A stretch of 64,000 nt of DNA from Massalongia carnosa (Eukaryota): contig OZ287072.1 of NCBI GenBank assembly GCA_965645245.1, forward strand, positions 806,001 to 870,000. The letters are read 5' to 3'. The translations under genes were made by a program, and so were the position numbers. Positions 60,651 through 64,000 of the stretch are shown piece after piece; position 1 is the stretch's first letter, and each line of letters begins with the position of its first letter. The notes under the pieces are model-generated. The model was not told the origin of the DNA. It was given only the letters and a program-made list of their open reading frames with translations, and ran no database searches.

Positions 60651-61973
60651 GGAGAATTCTGGGAGATATGACGACGTATTGTTCCGGTTCGGGGAATCGC
60701 GGGATATCAGGAGCGAAAGTAGTTTTCGCTCATTCTCCTAATCTGCAGTCCCCATGCTGTACCCATTCATGGGAGTCCAATCGCTCTTATTCCCCCATCA
60801 CGATTTCAGATGACTTTTTTTCTTGGAAACAGGCCCTTGGAAACGCGCAGTTTTCTCCATGGATAAATCTTTTCGCTCAGGGCTGGATACCTATGTATGT
60901 GGATGTGCAGGCAGTAAGTGAATGGGGTGGTGAAACCCCTGGAGAGATTTCTTGTAGGAAAGTTGAGCGATAAGAGAGGACGAACAGACCAGACCAGACC
61001 AAACCAAACCAAAGCCAATTGACCGCCTAACTCCCTAGCCCATCAGCTAACCAGTTGACAATAAAAATAAAACCCAAGCTCGCGAGCTCGAGCCTTACCA
61101 AGACCGATGCATGGCCCGACGGCAAAATCACAGGATAGAGAATATAAATACTTACCTCCAAACCCCCCGCCATCTCTTCCCTATCTAGATATTTAGCATT
61201 CTATGTAACTATATACGTTCCTAGATACCGATTTATCTATTCTTACCCACTTATCCAGATAATTAAAAGCAAGATCTTCCTGCCCTGTTCGTGATCGGTA
61301 AAGCAGTACAGAGATAGGTAGGCAAACAGGTCGACGACTACCATCATTTTATAGAGGTGAAGGGGATAATGGGATGAAAAAGCTCATCTTGGAGGTGGTG
61401 GCTACCGGATGGTGGATGATCTATGATCAACCTCTCTTGCTTACCTCCAGGCAGTGCAGGTAAGGGTGAGGGTGAAAGTTGAAAGATAAAAGAGAAGAGT
61501 GGATGATATTAGGGTTGGTTTCACTTCTCTCTTCTTACCATACCTGTCTAGCATGTACAGGTCCCTGGGTGGGAGACAGAAAGCGTGAGCGAGTAACCTC
61601 AAAGGCACTCAATAACCCAAGACATGGCGGTCCAACCAAAAGTACTAAACGGGGTGCGAGTACCCATTCGCACAATGACTCCTTTTACTAAGAAGTACTT
61701 TATGGTCCTGTTACATGTTCCGTGTCTAAAAGCCCCAGTCGATACTTTGTCTAGAAAGAAAATATCGAGCAACAAGCCACGACACACTGCGGGAAAAAAC
61801 GTACAAATACAAGATTTCAGGGAGTGTTGGGTGAACCACGACCTACATATCCCATTTTGAATGATTCAGGAACTTCCTCCCCCTTCCCCTAGGTTGAAAA
61901 GTTCCCCTCGCATGTACAGCCTCGCTTGCCCCAACCAGCTAAGATAACCCCTTTTGTCCTTTGAAAGAATTGT

Positions 61974-64000
61974 CTACATGATCTGGTCTTGCGTGAGGGG
62001 TCCTGTCGGGTCCGCATCCTCCATTACATCACCGCCGTTCGCGTTCTGATACTTGACATATGTAAGGCCCAAGGGGCGTCCGCCATATTGATAGCCAGTA
62101 AATTTAGCTAAGGTTACATTAGCACTTTCCCAACACAAAAGCACGACAAAAGCCACCTACCAATTGCAGTCTCCGCATTCTCTGGAGTATCAAACTGCAC
62201 CACCCCAGTACCACGGGAGCGTCCGTTGGGTTCGTATTGTATCTCGGCACGCTCGACCTTTCCAATCGTGGTGAAGAGCTCGACCAAGTCTTCATTACTT
62301 GTGGACCACGGCAACTAGAACCATTAGTAAACATCCGCACATCAACAGCAAGAACACTTACATTTCGGACATAAATGATCTCGCTGCGCTCCCCTCCAGA
62401 TGAGGCGTAATCGGTGAAAGGATTTGGTGGAGCAGCAACGCTAGTGGGAACAGGCGTAGAATCATAGCCGGCCACAGCACCACTGTAAGCAGCACCACCT
62501 CCGAAGCCTCCACGACCACCGAAACCACCCCCGAAAGATCCACGGCCACCAAACCCGCCTCTACCACCAAAGCCTCCGCGGGCGCCAATGCCAGCTCCAT
62601 AGCCACCGCGACCTCCGTACCCAGCGCTTGGAGCTCCTGCAAAACGATCCTCGCGGACCTCTAGCATGCGGCCTTGCCAGTCGTAGCCGTTGAATTGGGC
62701 AATGGCATTACGCGCATCGTCAGGGCTTTCAAATGCGACAACTCCGGAACCCTTTGGACGACCATCGTGGCCTATATGAACATCGGCTCTGATAACGGCA
62801 CCCTGTTGGGCTGCAAACTCAATCTGTCAATATGCATTCGTACTTTCCTAGGATGGATAGTGTTTGAAAGTACGTACCGGCTTGACGGAATAAGTCCTTG
62901 AGATCTTGCCAGCCAACGTTATATGGCAACTAGCACCGCCGAGGTTATTATAGTAGCCCAGGGAGACGTAGAAAAGAGCAGATTTGACAAACGTTGTTGA
63001 TGAAGATTTGACGCCCTCCACCGGAGGGAGGACCGCCTCCACCTCCAGGTCCATATCCACCGGCGCTAATGCCGCCTCGGATTGGCCCTGCTTCATAACC
63101 TCCACGAGCGGGCGGTGGTCCAGTAAAGCGAGGCTCCGCTTCGCGATCCTAAAGACGATGAGTTAGCTTTGAAGGGCTTTCTCCTATTGTAGAGCCAGAA
63201 GGACAACCGAGGCTCGCAAAGGATCGGGGGAGTTACCTCTCGAACATAGACGAGTCTGCCCATAAGGTTTTGATTACTGAGGGTGTTGACTGCCTGCTGG
63301 GCTTGCTCCCTAGTGGCGTATTCCACAATCCTGCGTCCTGTTAATTTATCCCAAAAGAAAAGGTCGCTCATAAAGCACTCACCCGCATCCCTACATAACC
63401 CGCGGACAAGGTCCCCACCCGTCAATCCAACGTCCAACAACCAAAAGAAAACCAAAAAGACCAGCCATATCTACATATAGGCGCCCACCTTCGACATTCC
63501 ATTCGGAAGTAACAACACATCGGCAAAGAGGACCTCCCCCGCTGCAGCATTGTGTCAGTAGAAGATAAGCATGAGGGGGAGGTCATAAAGGTTGGGTATT
63601 ACCTTGCCTCATGAAATCTTTTAAGTGATGCCATTTCACATCGTAGGAGAGATTGCCAACGTAGACACGACGTTCCTGCTGCGAGGATTCTCGAACTGAA
63701 GCCATCATCTGCTCCTTCGCCTGGGCGCGCTCTTCGAAACTTCGTGCTGGAGGTGCTACCCCGCCTCGACCGTAGCTTGAACCGGAGTAGCCTCCAGGTG
63801 CACCTGTCATGGGGGATCGAGAACGATGATCGCTCCTACGATAATCTTCACGGCTTCGGGAACGGCTCCTAGGAGAATAAGAACGGCGACTACGCCGTGG
63901 GCTTCGAGAACGGCGCCTAGGTGATCGAGATCTCTCGCGCTTGAGCGAAGGGTCAGTTATAGATTGGGCCATCAAAGCTTTTTCGCTAATCAAGGAAAAC
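61974..64000 (-). CDS. SR-like triple-RRM RNA-binding protein, Gbp2/Hrb1 (SnxA) family; 5' end outside the window
   Basis: An RS-rich N-terminus precedes RRM1 ([22 protein letters not shown]...KGCGIVEY), RRM2 ([17 protein letters not shown]), an RGG linker and RRM3 ([20 protein letters not shown]...RGTGVVQF). The exon at 63940 is preceded by a CTGAC...AAG acceptor. Confidence 0.9.

Noticed and set aside
61148..61157. ATACTTACCT, identical to the U1 snRNA 5' end
   Set aside because: No U1 stem-loops or Sm site follow. It is better explained as the reverse complement of a consensus 5' splice site on the - strand.

Overview
This is eukaryotic nuclear DNA from a filamentous ascomycete (Pezizomycotina-type genes with short GT-AG introns and CTRAC branch points). 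It is not prokaryotic, and I found no CRISPR array, tRNA, rRNA or intact transposon. The window is gene-dense and mostly housekeeping, with about 24 intact protein-coding genes. In order: a YOR238W/DUF218-like gene (runs off the left edge), a PNUTS/Ppn1-like PP1 regulator, SLY1, phospholipase D (SPO14/PLD1), an alpha/beta hydrolase, RPS20, CUE3/ASCC2, AMO1/NUP42, ELYS-like, SMC4, SRP14, SGD1, LPD1, a PGM2-type phosphomutase, sphingolipid delta-8 desaturase, an F-box protein, a NYN/PIN-like nuclease, a cytochrome P450, a TTC36-like TPR protein, HSP12, RAD54 and a GBP2/HRB1-like SR-RRM protein (runs off the right edge). There is one clear pseudogene (PTH11-like) and one probable decayed secreted-protein gene. 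The best unexplained signal is a ~390-420 nt element between SMC4 and SRP14: eight consecutive hairpins closed by a long-range terminal stem and followed by a T6 run. It looks like a structured ncRNA that I cannot assign to a known family. Other leads are splicing-level regulatory candidates (RAD54 start codon split by an intron, a hairpin over an RPS20 splice donor, a 508-nt intron in the PNUTS-like gene, a splice-signal chain downstream of the GBP2-like stop) and a recurring C-rich-to-G-rich skew switch. All assignments come from manual translation, folding by eye and motif recall; no searches were run.
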